From Mobula birostris (Eukaryota): a DNA stretch of 64,000 bases. Below are positions 39,450 to 52,565 of this stretch, one piece after another. The DNA lies in contig NC_092401.1 in the NCBI RefSeq assembly GCF_030028105.1, forward strand, positions 26,712,399 to 26,776,398, read 5' to 3'. Every line of letters begins with the position of its first letter. Within the stretch, counting starts at the first letter, position 1. The notes beneath the pieces were generated by a model. That model made no database searches. It was not told the DNA's origin and worked only from the letters and a program-made list of their open reading frames with translations. Made by a program: the position numbers and the translations under genes.

Positions 39450-40204
39450 ATACCGTTTATAGGAGTGAAAGCTGCGCTTGCATCTCTAAGTTCTGACATC
39501 GACACTGCGCCTATTATTTTACTCTTTGAACGTGTATGTAATCACTTGGATAATGGCATTACTGACGATGAGTTAAGAGAATGGCAAGCTTTTGACTATG
39601 TTGCTATTGCGAACGCAAACAATCTTGAATTTGGAAAAAAGAATGTTTACGACTGACAAAAGAAATTACTCAGCTACTATTATGAACTACGGTGAAAGCA
39701 TTTCTTCAAAAATATCGCAGCAACAGTGTGATCTCAAATTTGTCAATTCTAAGAAAGTTAAGATTGGTTCAATTAAGGCGTTCACTGATGTGTTGAATTT
39801 TGCTTAGAATCAAAGAATTTGAAGAACTGTCAATTTTTATTGACATCATTGAAATGTTTCAAGCTTCTAGTGCTGACTGTAAGCGTGGATTCTGCCTTAT
39901 GAATATAATGAAATGTAAATCTTGAAACAGACTAGAAGTGGAACAGCTGGATGATCTAATGAGCATTAAGACATATCTTTCATCTGGATGTGAAATTAAT
40001 CTGGACAGTGTTTATAGACAATGGAGTTGTAAGAGACAGATGAGAAAACGTTTACGAAATGTGAAAGATTTTCTCTGACATATTGTATTTCATTACATAC
40101 TTCAATTAATAAATAAAATCAAAAGTATATGATTCTTCAGTTTTCATTCTAAATATTCCCAGTATGCAAAAACATTTCAAATGCCGCTCAGTTTTCAAGC
40201 CCTG
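39450..40204 (+). mobile_element. Degenerate hAT transposase 3' part (ZNF862-like dimerisation domain)
   Basis: ASSADCKRGFCLMNIMKCKS*NRLEVEQLDDLMSIK at about 39863-39970; ends in a TIR-like TTTTCAAGCCCTG. Confidence 0.75.
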
Positions 40205-40519
40205 CCAAAACTTTCTGCTCAGGTCAATGGTTGGGCTGAATAACTATTAAAAAAATTAGAGGAAACGATAGGGTAGAATTAGGCCATTCAGCCTATCAAG
40301 TCTGCTCGGACATAACATATTGGCTAATTTATTAATGCCCTCAACCCCATATTCCCGTTGTCTCCCTGTAATCTTTGACACCTTTCCTTATCAAGAGCTA
40401 TCTACCTTCTATCTATATGCCCCGAATGACTTTGCCTCCACAGCTTTCTGTAGCAACAAATTCCACAGATTCACCACCCTCTGGCTAAAGACATTTTTCC
40501 TCAGGTGGAAATGGCTAAT

Positions 40520-41258
40520 AGTCATAGTCATAGTCATACTTTATTGATCCCGGGGGAAATTGGTTTTCATTACAGTTGCGCCATAAATAACAAATAGTAA
40601 TAGAACCATAAATAGTTAAATAGTAATATGTAAATTATGCCAGTAAATTATGAAATAAGTCCAGGACCAGCCTATTGGCTCAGGGTGTCTGACCCTCCAA
40701 GGGAGGAGTTGTAAAGTTTGATGGCCACAGGCAGGAATGACTTCCTATGACGCTCTGTGTTGCATCTCGGTGGAATGAGTCTCTGGCTGAATGTACTCCT
40801 GTGCCCAACCAGTACATTATGTAGTGGATGGGAGACATTGTCCAAGATGGCATGCAACTTGGACAGCATCCTCTTTTCAGACACCACCGTCAGAGAGTCC
40901 AGTTCCATCCCCACAACATCACTGGCCTTACGAATGAGTTTGTTGATTCTGTTAGTGTCTGTTACCCTCAGCCTGCTGCCCCAGCACACAACAGCAAACA
41001 TGATAGCACTGGCCACCACAGACTCGTAGAACATCCTCAGCATCATCTGGTAGATGTTAAAGGACCTCAGTCTCCTCAGGAAATAGAGACGGCTCTGACC
41101 CTTCTTGTAGACAGCCTCAGTGTTCTTTGACCAGTCCAGTTTATTGTCAATTCGTATCCCCAGGTACTTGTAATCCTCCACCATGTCCACACTGACCCCC
41201 TGGATGGAAACAGGGGTCACCGGTACCTTAGCTCTCCTCAGGTCTTCCACCAGCTCCT
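40520..41258 (-). mobile_element. 5'-truncated young Rex1/Babar-type LINE with a (CTATGA)n tail
   Basis: Uninterrupted ORF end YKYLGIRIDNKLDWSKNT...QSRLYFLRRLRSF...HPLH...SFLPVAIKLYN; AATAAA plus microsatellite tail; possible TAAT TSD. Confidence 0.88.
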
Positions 41259-41908
41259 TAATGCAGGAAGGCATAATTTTAAGGTGATTGGAAGAAAGTA
41301 TAGGGCAGATATCAGAGGTATTTTTACAGAGAGGCACATTGATGAAAGAAAAACAGAGGGCGAGAATGGTTGAGAAACATAGAAAATGTTTGATCGTGTA
41401 GGTTAAAGGTCGGCGCAGCGTTATGGGCTGAAGGGCCTGTACTGTGCTGTATTGTTCTGTATTCATCCAATATTTGCAGGTCCAACAATTAGGAACTGAT
41501 TGTGGACGTCAGGAAGGGGAAGACGGGAGAACCCACACTAGTCCTCACCGAGGGATCAGCAGTGGAAAAGGTGAGCGGCTTTAAATCACATCACTGCAGG
41601 TCTATCCTGGCCTGACATATTGATGCAAAGGCATGAGAGCAGTTAGACTTCATTAGGAGTCTGAGGAGATTCAGTATGTCACCAAAGACTCCAGCAAATT
41701 TCCATAGATGCATCATAGAGGGCATTCGAACTGGTTGAATCACTGTGTGGTATGAAGGTGCCAATGCACAAGACTGGAAAAAGTTCCAGAGGCAAATAAA
41801 GGCTTATTTTGTTGCTTTGTTTTGTTACTGTTGTTGTTGCTTGTCTTTTTCTGCTGAACATTCTGGGCAGAATGTGTGGCTGCCCCCCAGCAAATTGTTA
41901 ATACAAGT

Positions 41909-42102
41909 AACACACACACACACACACAAAATGCTGATGAACACAGCAGGCCAGGCAGCATCTATCTTTCTTTCAGTTAGTCTCGGCCCAAAATGTCGAC
42001 TGTACCTCTTCCTATAGATGCTGCCTGGCCTGCTGCGTTCACCAGCATTTTGTGTGGGTGTTGCTTGAACTTCCAGCAACTGCAGATTTCCTCACGTCTG
42101 CG
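41909..42102. mobile_element. Palindromic Penelope-derived insertion with a 13 bp TSD
   Basis: Inverted arms; perfect direct repeat TGTTAATACAAGT at 41896-41908 and 42103-42115. Confidence 0.82.
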
Positions 42103-42555
42103 TGTTAATACAAGTGATGCATTTCACTGTATATTTGAATGGACATATGATAAATAATTGAATCTGAAGCTGCCAACCTCATATCATTTGCATATTCCTC
42201 TAAATCTTTCCCATCCGTGTACTTTTCTGAATATATTTTAAATGTCACTATTGTATGCACTTCAACCACTTTCTCTGGAAGCCTGTTCCAAATACCTAGC
42301 AGGACTGTGCCTGAAGAAGTTGTTCCTCTCCTTAAACCTGTGCCCTTTAGCTTTAGATATGGCCCTTGTGGCTAAAAGGATCAGGGGGTATGGAGGGAAG
42401 GCTGGTACAGGGTTCTGAGTTGGATGATCAGCCATGATCATACTGAATGGCGGTGCAGGCTCGAAGGGCCGAATGGCCTACTCCTGCACCTATTTTCTAT
42501 GTTTCTGTGTTTTAGAATCCCTCTCTGCCAAAAAGACCGTGAATCTCCTTCTGTC

Positions 42556-42593
42556 CAGTCCTGATGAAGGGTCTCAGCCCAAAACGTTGACTG
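42556..42593 (+). ncRNA. Minimal hammerhead ribozyme motif, G12 to A decayed
   Basis: CAGTC CTGATGA A GGG TCTCAG CCC AAAAC GTT GACTG. Confidence 0.65.
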
Positions 42594-45319
42594 TTCATTC
42601 CTCTCAATAGATTATGCCTGACCTGCAGAGTTCCTCCAGCATTTTGTGTGTGGTGCTCTGAATTTCCAGCATCTGCACGGTGTCTTGTGTCCAGATATCT
42701 AATGGAGAATAAACAATGGTACTAATGTAGGATTAATTTAGATGTATGGTTTAAAAAGAATATGGAAAATAGTAAGACACTCAAAATGCTGGAGGAACTC
42801 AGCAAGTCGAGCAATAGCAATGAAGGCGAATAAGCTCCCTTCTTTTTTCACCCTTTCTTTCCAATCCTGATGAAGGGTCTCAGCCTAAAACATTGGCTGT
42901 TTTTCCCTCTCCATAGATGCTGCCTGACCTGTTGAGTTCCTCCACCATTGTGTGTGTGTTGCTGTGAATCCTTTTTTCATTTGTTTCATATCAATATTTC
43001 TGTTGTGTTATTCTCACACAATGCACCCTCGAACACAAGGCAGAAGCCTCCAGGTTCTGTTTGCTGGTGATCATTGCTGCTTTACTGTTAAGGAGAACAC
43101 ACGGAGTGGGCCTCCAGCTCTGTGGTTTAACTGTGACGCTCTCCCTTTGTGCAATTTTTTTTTGTTTATCTTCCCAGCCAGTCGAAACCACAAGCTTTGT
43201 CCAACATCGACAAGAAAATGTGAGGCCTTTCGTCTGAATCACCACCCCCTCCTCCAAAGTTCAGCCTCTGTCCAACCTGCACAGCACATGCTAAACCCCA
43301 AAAGCATTTTAAGCGCCAAAACAACAAATACAAGAACTGTGTAAGCCTTGTCCTAGCTGGAGTGAGTTTGCAGGGTGGTTTACAGGGAAAAATATTGCAC
43401 AAAGTGAGAGGAGATGGAAGATGGGAAATTTACATCACTGTTGACATTGTAGATTACTGCAATGTCCTAAATCTAGAGTAATTGAATCTTACCCTGCTAG
43501 CCCATCTAAGTTCGTCCCATTTGTTCATGTTTGGCCCATATCTTTCCTAAGTCAACCATCCAGCTCCTGAACCAGTGTGGATAAATTCACTCACCACAAC
43601 ACTGAACTGATCGCTGAACACAACCTATGGGCTCACTTTCAAGGACTCTACAACTCATGTTCTCAATGTTATCTATTTATTTATCATCTGTCTATCTATC
43701 TATATATCTATTTATTTTATATATTTGCACAGATTGCCTTCTTTTGCGCAATGAGTGTGTGACAGCCTTTATGTGTTGCTTTTCATTGATTCTATTGCAT
43801 TTAGTTGTTCTGTGAATGCTGACAAGAAAATAAATCTCAGGGCAGTATACAGTGACATATAAGTACTTTGATAATAAATTTACTTTGAACTTTAGAGCTG
43901 TCTGAGCGCTTTTTAAACGTTGTTAGTGTAGCTGCCTCGACCACTTCCTCTGGCAGCTCATTACACGTTCTTCGTAAAAACATGAGAAAAAATTCAGTTG
44001 ACAATCTGATTCATAAAACTACCATGTCCCGTGGTTTAAAATTATTCTCTGACCTTCGCTCTGTATAGGGTGATTGTCATTTTTGTAATTTTAATACCCA
44101 GAAACTTACAGCACAGTTCAGACCCTTCAGCCCACAGTCTTGTGCTGCCCCATGAACAAAGATCAATCTAACCCTTCCCTCCCAACATATACCTCCATTA
44201 TATTTATTGCATTTTAAAAATATGTTCTTCATGATTATTTCGTTTATTGGATCCAGAGTAACAAACATTTTACTCTCCTTTACGCTTCCATACTGAAGTA
44301 CGACAATAAACAACCTTGAATCGTGAATTTTTCTTTCAACCATGTCCCTAATGTATCTGTCTCTACCACCATCCCTGGCAGGATGTTCCATATACCCAAC
44401 ACTCTGTGTAAAAATCCTTCGGTACCTCTGCCATCTCCCCTATACTTCCTCCAATCACCTTCAAATTCTACCCTCTTAGATGAGTAAATTTCACTCTGGG
44501 GAAAGGTCTCTGGGTGTCTAAAACCTGCACTGCAGGTAAACATTAAGCTGCTAGTCGACAGTGTGGTAGATTGTTGAGGATAAGAGTCTATCTCATAGCC
44601 CTGTGGAACCATTTAATGGTCTTAAAACAGCAGGGTAAAAGCTGTCCTTGAGCCTGGCAGCATGCCTGTCACACTTTTGTATTTTGGGAGGGGGGGCGAA
44701 GAACAAATATCCAGGATGGGTGGGTCTGCGATTGTTCTGGCTGCCTAACTGAGACAGTGGGAAATGAACGTGCTATCGGGGGTGGTGGTAGAGGCAGATA
44801 CATTAGGGACATTTAAGAGACTCGTAGATAAGCACGCGGATGACAGAAGACTGAAGGGCCGTGTAGGAGGAAAGGGTTAGATTGATCTTAGAGTAGATTA
44901 AAATGTTGGCACAGCATTGTAGGCCAAAGGGAATGTGCTGGGCTGTCAAGTTCGATGTTACAATTTATTCTTCATCTGCTACTGATTTACTTTGCTCTGT
45001 AGTTATGTACTATGTAATGAATTGATCTGTATGAACAGTATGCAAGTTTCCCACCATCCAGGACATCTCATTACTACCATCAGCAAGGAGGCACTGTACA
45101 GATGCCTGAAAATGCACATTCAACTTCTTCCCCTCCACCATCAGATTTCTGAACAGTCCATGAACACTGCTTCATGACTTTGCTCCCATTTGCACTAATG
45201 TATTTTAAAAAATATTTTTATTGAGTCTGAGAGTATTTTTTATATACTGTAATGTATTTTTGCTACAAAAAAAACCGGTGGTGTATGTCAGTGATAATTC
45301 TGATTCTCTGGAAAGTTAT

Positions 45320-46930
45320 CTCACGTGCAAAGTGGCAATCCTGGACCAAACTGGAATCACTGAAGGATGCTCGACTGCTGAGACAGGACCGGAATGCAAT
45401 CACTTCCTACAAAGTGAAACCAAGCAACATTAGGCGACAGCAAGGCTTCGCTCCAAGCCCGATGCTTTTTATGCTCGCTTTGACTGTCAAAACACGAAGG
45501 CACCTCCGCAAATTCCCACAGCCTCTGATGACCCTGTGATCTCAGTCTCTGAGGCCAATGTGAGAGCATCTTTCATGAGGATGGACCCATGGAAAGCATC
45601 TGGCTGAGATGCGGTATCTGGCCGAGCACTAAAAATCTGTGCTGGAGTGTTCACCTATATCCTTAACCTCTTGCTTTGTCAGTCTGAGGTACCTGCCTGC
45701 TTCAAGCAGTCTTCAATTATACCAGTGCCCAAGAACATGATAACCTACCTAGATGACTATTGTCCAGTAATGCTTACATCCACAGTGATGAAGTGTTTTG
45801 AGAGGTTGGTGATGAAACATTTCAACTCCTTCCTGAGAAGTGACTTGGATCTGCTCCAATTTGCTTACTGGCACAGCAGGTCACCAGCAGATGTCATCGC
45901 ATTGGCTCTTTACTGAACCCTAGAACATATGGACAGCACAGATGCATACATCCTCTTTATTGACTCCAGCTCGGCATTCAATACCATCATCCCCTCAAAA
46001 ATAATCAACGAGCTTCAAGACATTGGCCTCAATACCTCCTTGTGTAATTGGATCCTTGAATTCCTCACTTACAGGACCCAGTTAGTTCAGATTGGCAACA
46101 ACATCTCCACCACAATCTCCATCAGCATAGGTGCACCACAAGGCTGTGTGCTTAGTCACTTTTTACTCAGGACTGTGAGGCTAAGCACAGCTCCAATGCC
46201 ATATTGAAGTTTGCTGATCACACCACTCTCGTAGGCTGAATCAAAGTTGGTGACAGATTAGCATATAAGAGGGAAATTGCAAATCTGGCTGAGTGGTGCC
46301 ATAACAACTTCACTCAATGCCAGCAAGACCGAGGAGCTGATTATTGACTTCAAGAGGAAGAAACCAGAGGTTCATGAGCCAGACCTCATCGGGGGATCAG
46401 AAGTGGATAGGGTCAGAAAACTTAAATTCCCCGGTGTTATCATTTCAGAGGATCTGTCCTGGGCCTGCCATGTTATGAAGGAAGCACGGCAGAGCCTTTG
46501 CTATCTTAGAAATGTGCAAAGATTTGATATGTCATCTAAAACTTTGACAAACTTCTACAGACATGTGGTGGAGAGTATATTGATTGGTTGCATCATGGCC
46601 TGGTATAGAAACACCAATACCCTTGAACAAAAATTCTGACAACAATTAGTGGTTAAGGCCCAGTCCGTCATGGATAAAGACCTCCCCACCATTGAGCCCG
46701 TCAACTGTACATGGAGCACTATCATAGGAAAGCATTCTCCATCATCAAGGACCCGCTCCATCCACACCAGACCATGGCTACTCTGGCTGCTGCAATCAGG
46801 AAGAAGGTTAGGACCCAGCCCATCAGGTTCAGTAACAGTTATTACCCCTTCAACCATCTAGCCAGCACTGGACTATTCCCATAACCGTGGACTCACTTTC
46901 AAGGACTCTTCATCTTATGTTCTTGATATT
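45320..46930 (+). mobile_element. Degenerate Rex1/Babar-type LINE reverse transcriptase
   Basis: Frameshifted ACFKQSSIIPVPK...[52 protein letters not shown]. Confidence 0.88.
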
Positions 46931-48381
46931 TACTTTCAACCTTGAAGACAGGCTTGTCACAGTACCACCATATACTGTATGTGACAATAGTGACCCAGGT
47001 CCACTTCCAGTTGCAGTTCTGGCTGTGAACTGTGATAGGTGATGAACACTGAGGTCAGGCAGATGCTAACATTGGCCAGCGAATGTGGTTTATGTATCAG
47101 TGTGATTGGGATACGTAGCACATGTGGACTCTCTGATAAATGACCACTTCCCAGCACCTCCACTATCTGTCTCCTCATGCACTTTATCCTCCTTCCTTCT
47201 TATTATTTCATGTTGTCCTTTCATTTTCATTGTCTCTGATTGTGCAATCGTTAAAACAAGTCACCAACTGTTAAGAATTGAAACCAAAGACTCCAGCAAG
47301 ATGTATTGTGGAGATCATTCTAACTGGTTGCATTGGCGTCTGGTATGGAGGCTCCAAATGCACAGGATGACAGGAGGCTGCAGAGAGCTGTAGACACAGC
47401 CAGCTCCGTCACAGGCACAACCCTCCCCTCCATCCAGGACACCCTCACAAGGTGGGACATGCCACCATCAGGAAGGAGGTAGAGGAGTCTGAAGGCTTAC
47501 TCTCAACTGTTCAGAAACAGCTTCTTCCCCTCTGCAACACGATTTCTGAATGGTCCCTAAACTCATGAACATTACTTCCTTTTTTTGCACTATTTATTCT
47601 GGTAATTTATCGTGATTTTATACGTTTACAGTGTACTGCTGTCACAAAACAACAAATTTCACATCATCTTTCTGAGCTGTTCATGAACACTCCCTCACTA
47701 TTCCTGTTTTGCTCTGTTTATTTATTGTAACTTACATTCTTTGCTATGCCCGCACTGTACTACTGCCACAAAACAACAGATTTCACAAATTATGTCAGTG
47801 ATAATAAACCTGATTCTGTTTCTGTAAAAGGAAGCTTTTGGGCTCACCAGGACTCTCTCAGTCCCCTGTAAGAATGAGTCAGACTCATTCCCCATTGCCC
47901 CACAACGTACCTTTCCCTCTCGTGTACCAGGACATGACCACGTCTCTTCTTCCCAGTTGCAGAAGCTGATTTAAATCAAGCATTAACACCTTTTTGGGCA
48001 GCATTCTAATGTTAATTAAATGATTTGAAAAGCAGAATGTGAGGCAGTAACGCTGGCACTGAGGTCAGCGCTGGAAGCCATGCCATTATTGGTCAGATCG
48101 GATTGTGGATCAGAGTGAAATCTGATGAAAGTAAATCCAATCGCTGGCTTGTGTAGAGGCTCAGACCCTGAGGTGAGTGTTCTCTTTCTCTCTCTCTCTC
48201 TCTCTCACTCTGTCACTCTCCCTCTCTCTCTTTTCCCTCTCTTCTCTTCCTCCTCTTTCTCTCTCTCTCTATACCACAGTGCCCATGATATAGCTGAATT
48301 CAGCTTCTTTTGACCCTGTGCCATGCGCCCCCCCCCATACCAGACGGTTGTGCAACCAGTGAGAATGCTCTCCACAGTACA

Positions 48382-49037
48382 TTTTTTTAAGATTATGAGA
48401 ACACTCAGTCCTCGTTTATTGTCATTTAGAAATACATGCATGCATTAAGAAAAGATACGATGTTCCTCCAGAGTGATATCACAGAAAAACAGGACAAACC
48501 AAAGACTAACACTGACAGAACCACATAATTATAACATATAGTTACAGCAGTGCAAAACAATACTATAATTTGATAAACAACAGACCATGGGCCCGGTAAA
48601 AAAAAAGTCTCAAAGTCCCGAGTCCCCAATAGCAGGCGGCAAAGGGAGAAACTCCCTGCCATAAACCTCCAGGCACCGACAACTGCCGATGCATTGGAAG
48701 AACCCGACCACAGCCGACACTCTGAGTCCGTCCATCTGAAAACTTCGAGCCTCCGACCAGCCTCTCCGATACAGCCTGCCGAGCGCCTTCAACCTTGCCC
48801 GGCTGCCAAAACAAGCAAAGCCGAGGATTCGGGGCCTTCTCCTCTGGAGATTCCAGACCACGCAGTAACAGCGGCAGTGAAGCGGGCATTTCAGAAGTTT
48901 CTCCAGATGTTCCTCCGCACTCTCACGTCTGTCTCCATCAAATCAGAATTGTGCACGGTCCGCTACCTGACAAATAACAGACATCACCACCGAAGTGGCT
49001 GCACGCGCTGCGTCGCGCCGCCATCTTTTCCTCCTCC
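48382..49037 (-). mobile_element. Short non-autonomous retroelement nested in a Rex1-like fragment
   Basis: Begins GAGGAGGAAAAGATGGCGGCG and ends AATAAACGAGGACTGAGTGTTCTCATAATCT; a second, 5'-truncated copy lies at 60845-61298 on the plus strand. Confidence 0.7.
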
Positions 49038-49269
49038 TGTAGAAATCTGCGAGTGTCTCTGATGACATACCAAATCTCCTCAAACTGCTAATGAAATATA
49101 GTTTACCAGACTTCTCTGTCCTGAGCCAGTCTTTCAAGGTGAAGCCCTTTGAAGATCCCTTCTCTCCCAGGGATGAGGTCTTTGGAGCTTCTGTTGGTGT
49201 TTCTGCAACACTGTTTTTTTAACGGAAAGGGGTTGCTCGCCCTATGTCCAACCTTCTGCCATGAAGCTG

Positions 49270-50375
49270 CCTAACAAACTACAAGCCCTGGTATTACAGG
49301 AAAGATTCTAGTATGGATGAAGCTGATTGGCAGGAGGCAAAGAGTGGGAATAAAGGGAGCCCTTTCTGGTTGGCTGCCAAATAATGGTGTTCCATGGGGG
49401 TCAGGATTGGGGCTGATTCTTTTTACATTATATATCAATGATTTAGATGATGGATTTGATGGCTTTGTTGCAAAGTTTGCAGATGATATGAAGATAGGCA
49501 GGGCCAAGTGGTTTTGAGGAAGTAGAGAGGCTACAGAAGGACTTGGACAGATTAGGAGAATGGGCAAAGAAATGGCAGATGGAATGTGTATGCTCATGCA
49601 CTTTGGTAGAAGAAATGAAAGGGTTGACTATATTCTAAATGGAGAGAAAACACAAAAAAATAGAGACACAACTTGGGATTCCTTGTGCGGGATTCCTCAA
49701 AGGTTAATTTAGCGGTTGAGTCTGTGGTGAGGAAGGCAAATGCAACGTTAGCACTTTTTTCAAGAGGACAAGGATATAAAAGCAAGGATGAAATGTTGAG
49801 AATTTATAAAGTACTGGTGGAGCCTCACTTTGAGTATTGTGAGCAGTTTTGGCCCTCTTATCTTTGAAAGCATGTGCTGAAACTGGAGAGGGTTCAAACG
49901 AGGTTCAGAAAAGCGATTCCAGAATTTAATGACTTGTCAGATGAAAAGAGTTTGATGGCTCTGGGCCTGTATTCACCAGATTTCAGAAGAATGAGGGGTG
50001 ACTTCATTGAAACCTATCGAGTGGTGAAAGGCCTTGATAGAGTGGGAGTGGAGAGGATGTTTCTGATGACGGGAGACACAGGAGAGTCTAAGACTGTCTC
50101 AGGATAGAAGGGTGTCCTTCTAGAACAGAAATAAGGAAGAATGTCTTTAGCCAGAGAGTGGTGAATCTGCGGAATTCTTTGCCACAGGCAGCTGTGGAGG
50201 CCAAGTTTTTTTTGTGTATATTTAAGCCAGAGGTTGATAGATTAAATATTGATTGATCAGGTCAAAAAAGAATACAGGAAGAAGGCAGGAGATTGGGGCT
50301 GAGAGGAAAATTGAATCAGCCATCATGAAATGGTGGAGCTTGTCGATGGGCCAAATGGCTTAATTCTGCTCCTTT
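49270..50375 (+). mobile_element. CR1-type LINE 3' portion
   Basis: RQRVGIKG...YINDLDDG...KFADD...PHFEYCEQFW...RGDFIETYR, followed by a CR1 3' UTR. Confidence 0.88.
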
Positions 50376-52149
50376 GTCTTACCTGTCTCTAGCTCTAGCC
50401 CACTGTCAACATTTGATACATACTCTTGCAGCACCGTTCCATTGCGTCACCGTTCTGTTAGGCAGTACCAAAGCAGATATTTTGCCTCAATTAATCCAGG
50501 GGAATGTCTTTTTGGTTCGGTTGAGCCCCCTCCCCCCACCCCCAGTAACATGCGTTTAAATATGCTGCCTGTATCCTGCTCTCACTCCTGCTTGTCCCAC
50601 TCCCTTGAACTAGATCAAGGTTCAAACATATAGGGTCAACTTTCTTTGACACATAAAGTACATTTACATGTAATTAGAATTTGCTGGGATGTGTTGGTCA
50701 GGGTGCAACATGTAAAAAACAACCCAAAATTCAACAATTATAAAGAATAAAAATTATATAAAATATAAAATTGGAGGTTAAAGGACAGATATGGAATAAA
50801 ATGTACATATTACATTAATACCAGCACATATTTACAATGTAAACGTCATTAGAAAAAGTGGTTTTAATTAAAGGGGTGGGAAGACTAACTAGAATGTTTG
50901 ATCAGATTAACTGCTGGGGGAAGGAACCTTTAAGATGATGTGAAGATCAGTCGTATCGGACTCAACCATTACCAGTGGAAGTGAGTTCAGCACAACCCTC
51001 TCCACCATCAAGGACATTTTTAAAAGGCAATGGCTTTAAGAAGGGGGCTATCATCTTTAAGAACCCTCACCATCTAGGAAACTCCCTCTTCTCATTACTA
51101 CCATTGGGGAGAAGATACAGGAGCCTGCAACCCAACACTTAAAGACTTAGAAACAATTTGTTCCCCTCTGCCGTCAGATTTCTAAATGGCCCATGAACTC
51201 ACAAACACCGTCTCGCTATTCCTCTTTTACACAATTTATTAATGTTATTTCTCAGCAGAGTTTGAGGGCTGTGCATGTGCATGGGTGGGAGGAAAGGAGA
51301 TATGCCTTTTGTTTCACTGTTGTTCCTTTTTCCTTGGTATGTTCTGCATTGTTCTTCTGAGAATTGATGGCACCAGAATGTGGGGTGACATTTGTGGGCT
51401 GCCGGCAAGACACCCTTGGGTGTGTTGGTTGTTACCTCAGATGATGCATTCCTCTGTGTTATAACGTACATTACAAATAAATCTAAATCTGATTCTATTA
51501 TAACTTCTAGTGATTTTTATGCCTTGTTTTGTACTGCTGCCACGAAACAACACATTTCACAACATATGTCAGTGATTCAGGTTCGGATTCTCTCCCTGAT
51601 TCCAATGATTTCCCTGCTGGATCTGTTGCTAACTCTCTTAAACTGACACCTTTAGTCTTGCTCTTCCCTAGAAGAACTGGATTTACAGCCAGTGGTGACG
51701 ACATTACAAGCCTATTGAGGAAGTGAAGCATAGAGGGGATGCTGATTTCCGTGATGTGCTGAGCCGTGTCTACAACTCGCTGCAGTTTCGCGCAGCCTCA
51801 GCCGGAACAGTGCCGTAGCGCTACAGGATCTGACTGTGAACAAATTATTTGTGGCTTTTCCCAGCAATGGGGAATTGTGACTGGAACTCCAGGGTACTCG
51901 AGTAGCGATATTCGGAATAACTTCCCCTCTACCATCAGACTTCTGAACGGACCATGACCCCGTGAGCACTGCCTCACTTTCCTGCTCTCTTTTTGCAGTA
52001 CTTGTTTTTTGTATTCCTTGTTGTAATTGAATGTAATTTTTTATTTTGCATTGCACTGTACTGCTGCTGTAAAGCAACACATTTCACGACATACAGCGTG
52101 TCAGTGATAATTCTAAACTATTGAGTACTTTACAGCTTAGAGTTGTAGT

Positions 52150-52360
52150 GAAAACAGCACTATCTCTCATAGTAGCTTGGGGCAAAAACCATTGGCTCCC
52201 AACCCAGATTCGAGAGTGGGTCTACTTCAATTAAGAAAGGTTTCATCAGATTAAGAAAGTATTGAAATTGTTTCTCAGCAATGGATTGGAAGGTTTGGTT
52301 CTCTACTCCTGGCTCCGCCTCCAATTGACACAACCCCACCCCCCCGACTCAAACTCCTTC
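52150..52360 (+). promoter_or_regulatory. Candidate EPOR proximal promoter
   Basis: GATA site CTATCT (52160), GC-box-like CTCCGCCTCC (52313), CCAAT (52321) and CACCC box (52334) upstream of exon 1. Confidence 0.45.
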
Positions 52361-52462
52361 CCTCCAGATCTCAGAGATTGGAAAACAGTCTTGATGTGTT
52401 TACTTGGCTCAGAAGCCTTTCAGGAACAGTCAGAGCCACTCCAAAGCAAGAATCTACAGATC

Positions 52463-52565
52463 ATGATTAGTGCCAACTGCCTGTGGAAACTGGGACTGTA
52501 CCCCTTGTTGTTGAGTGCAGCTGCTGCTGTCCTGAAGCCACGACCCTCCAACCTGGATCTCAAAA
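52463..52565 (+). CDS. EPOR: EPOR exon 1, signal peptide (MISANCLWKLGLYPLLLSAAAAVLKPRPSNLDLK)
   Basis: Hydrophobic leader ending ...K plus a phase-1 donor GTGAGT; joins in frame to exon 2. Confidence 0.8.

Noticed and set aside
39132-39807. ORFs as a domesticated transposase gene
   Set aside because: The region is interrupted by stops, frameshifts and a Penelope-derived insertion; it is a decayed hAT element.
48094-48146. Imperfect hairpin as a possible pre-miRNA
   Set aside because: The stem is short with a large internal loop, and no known mature sequence was recognised.
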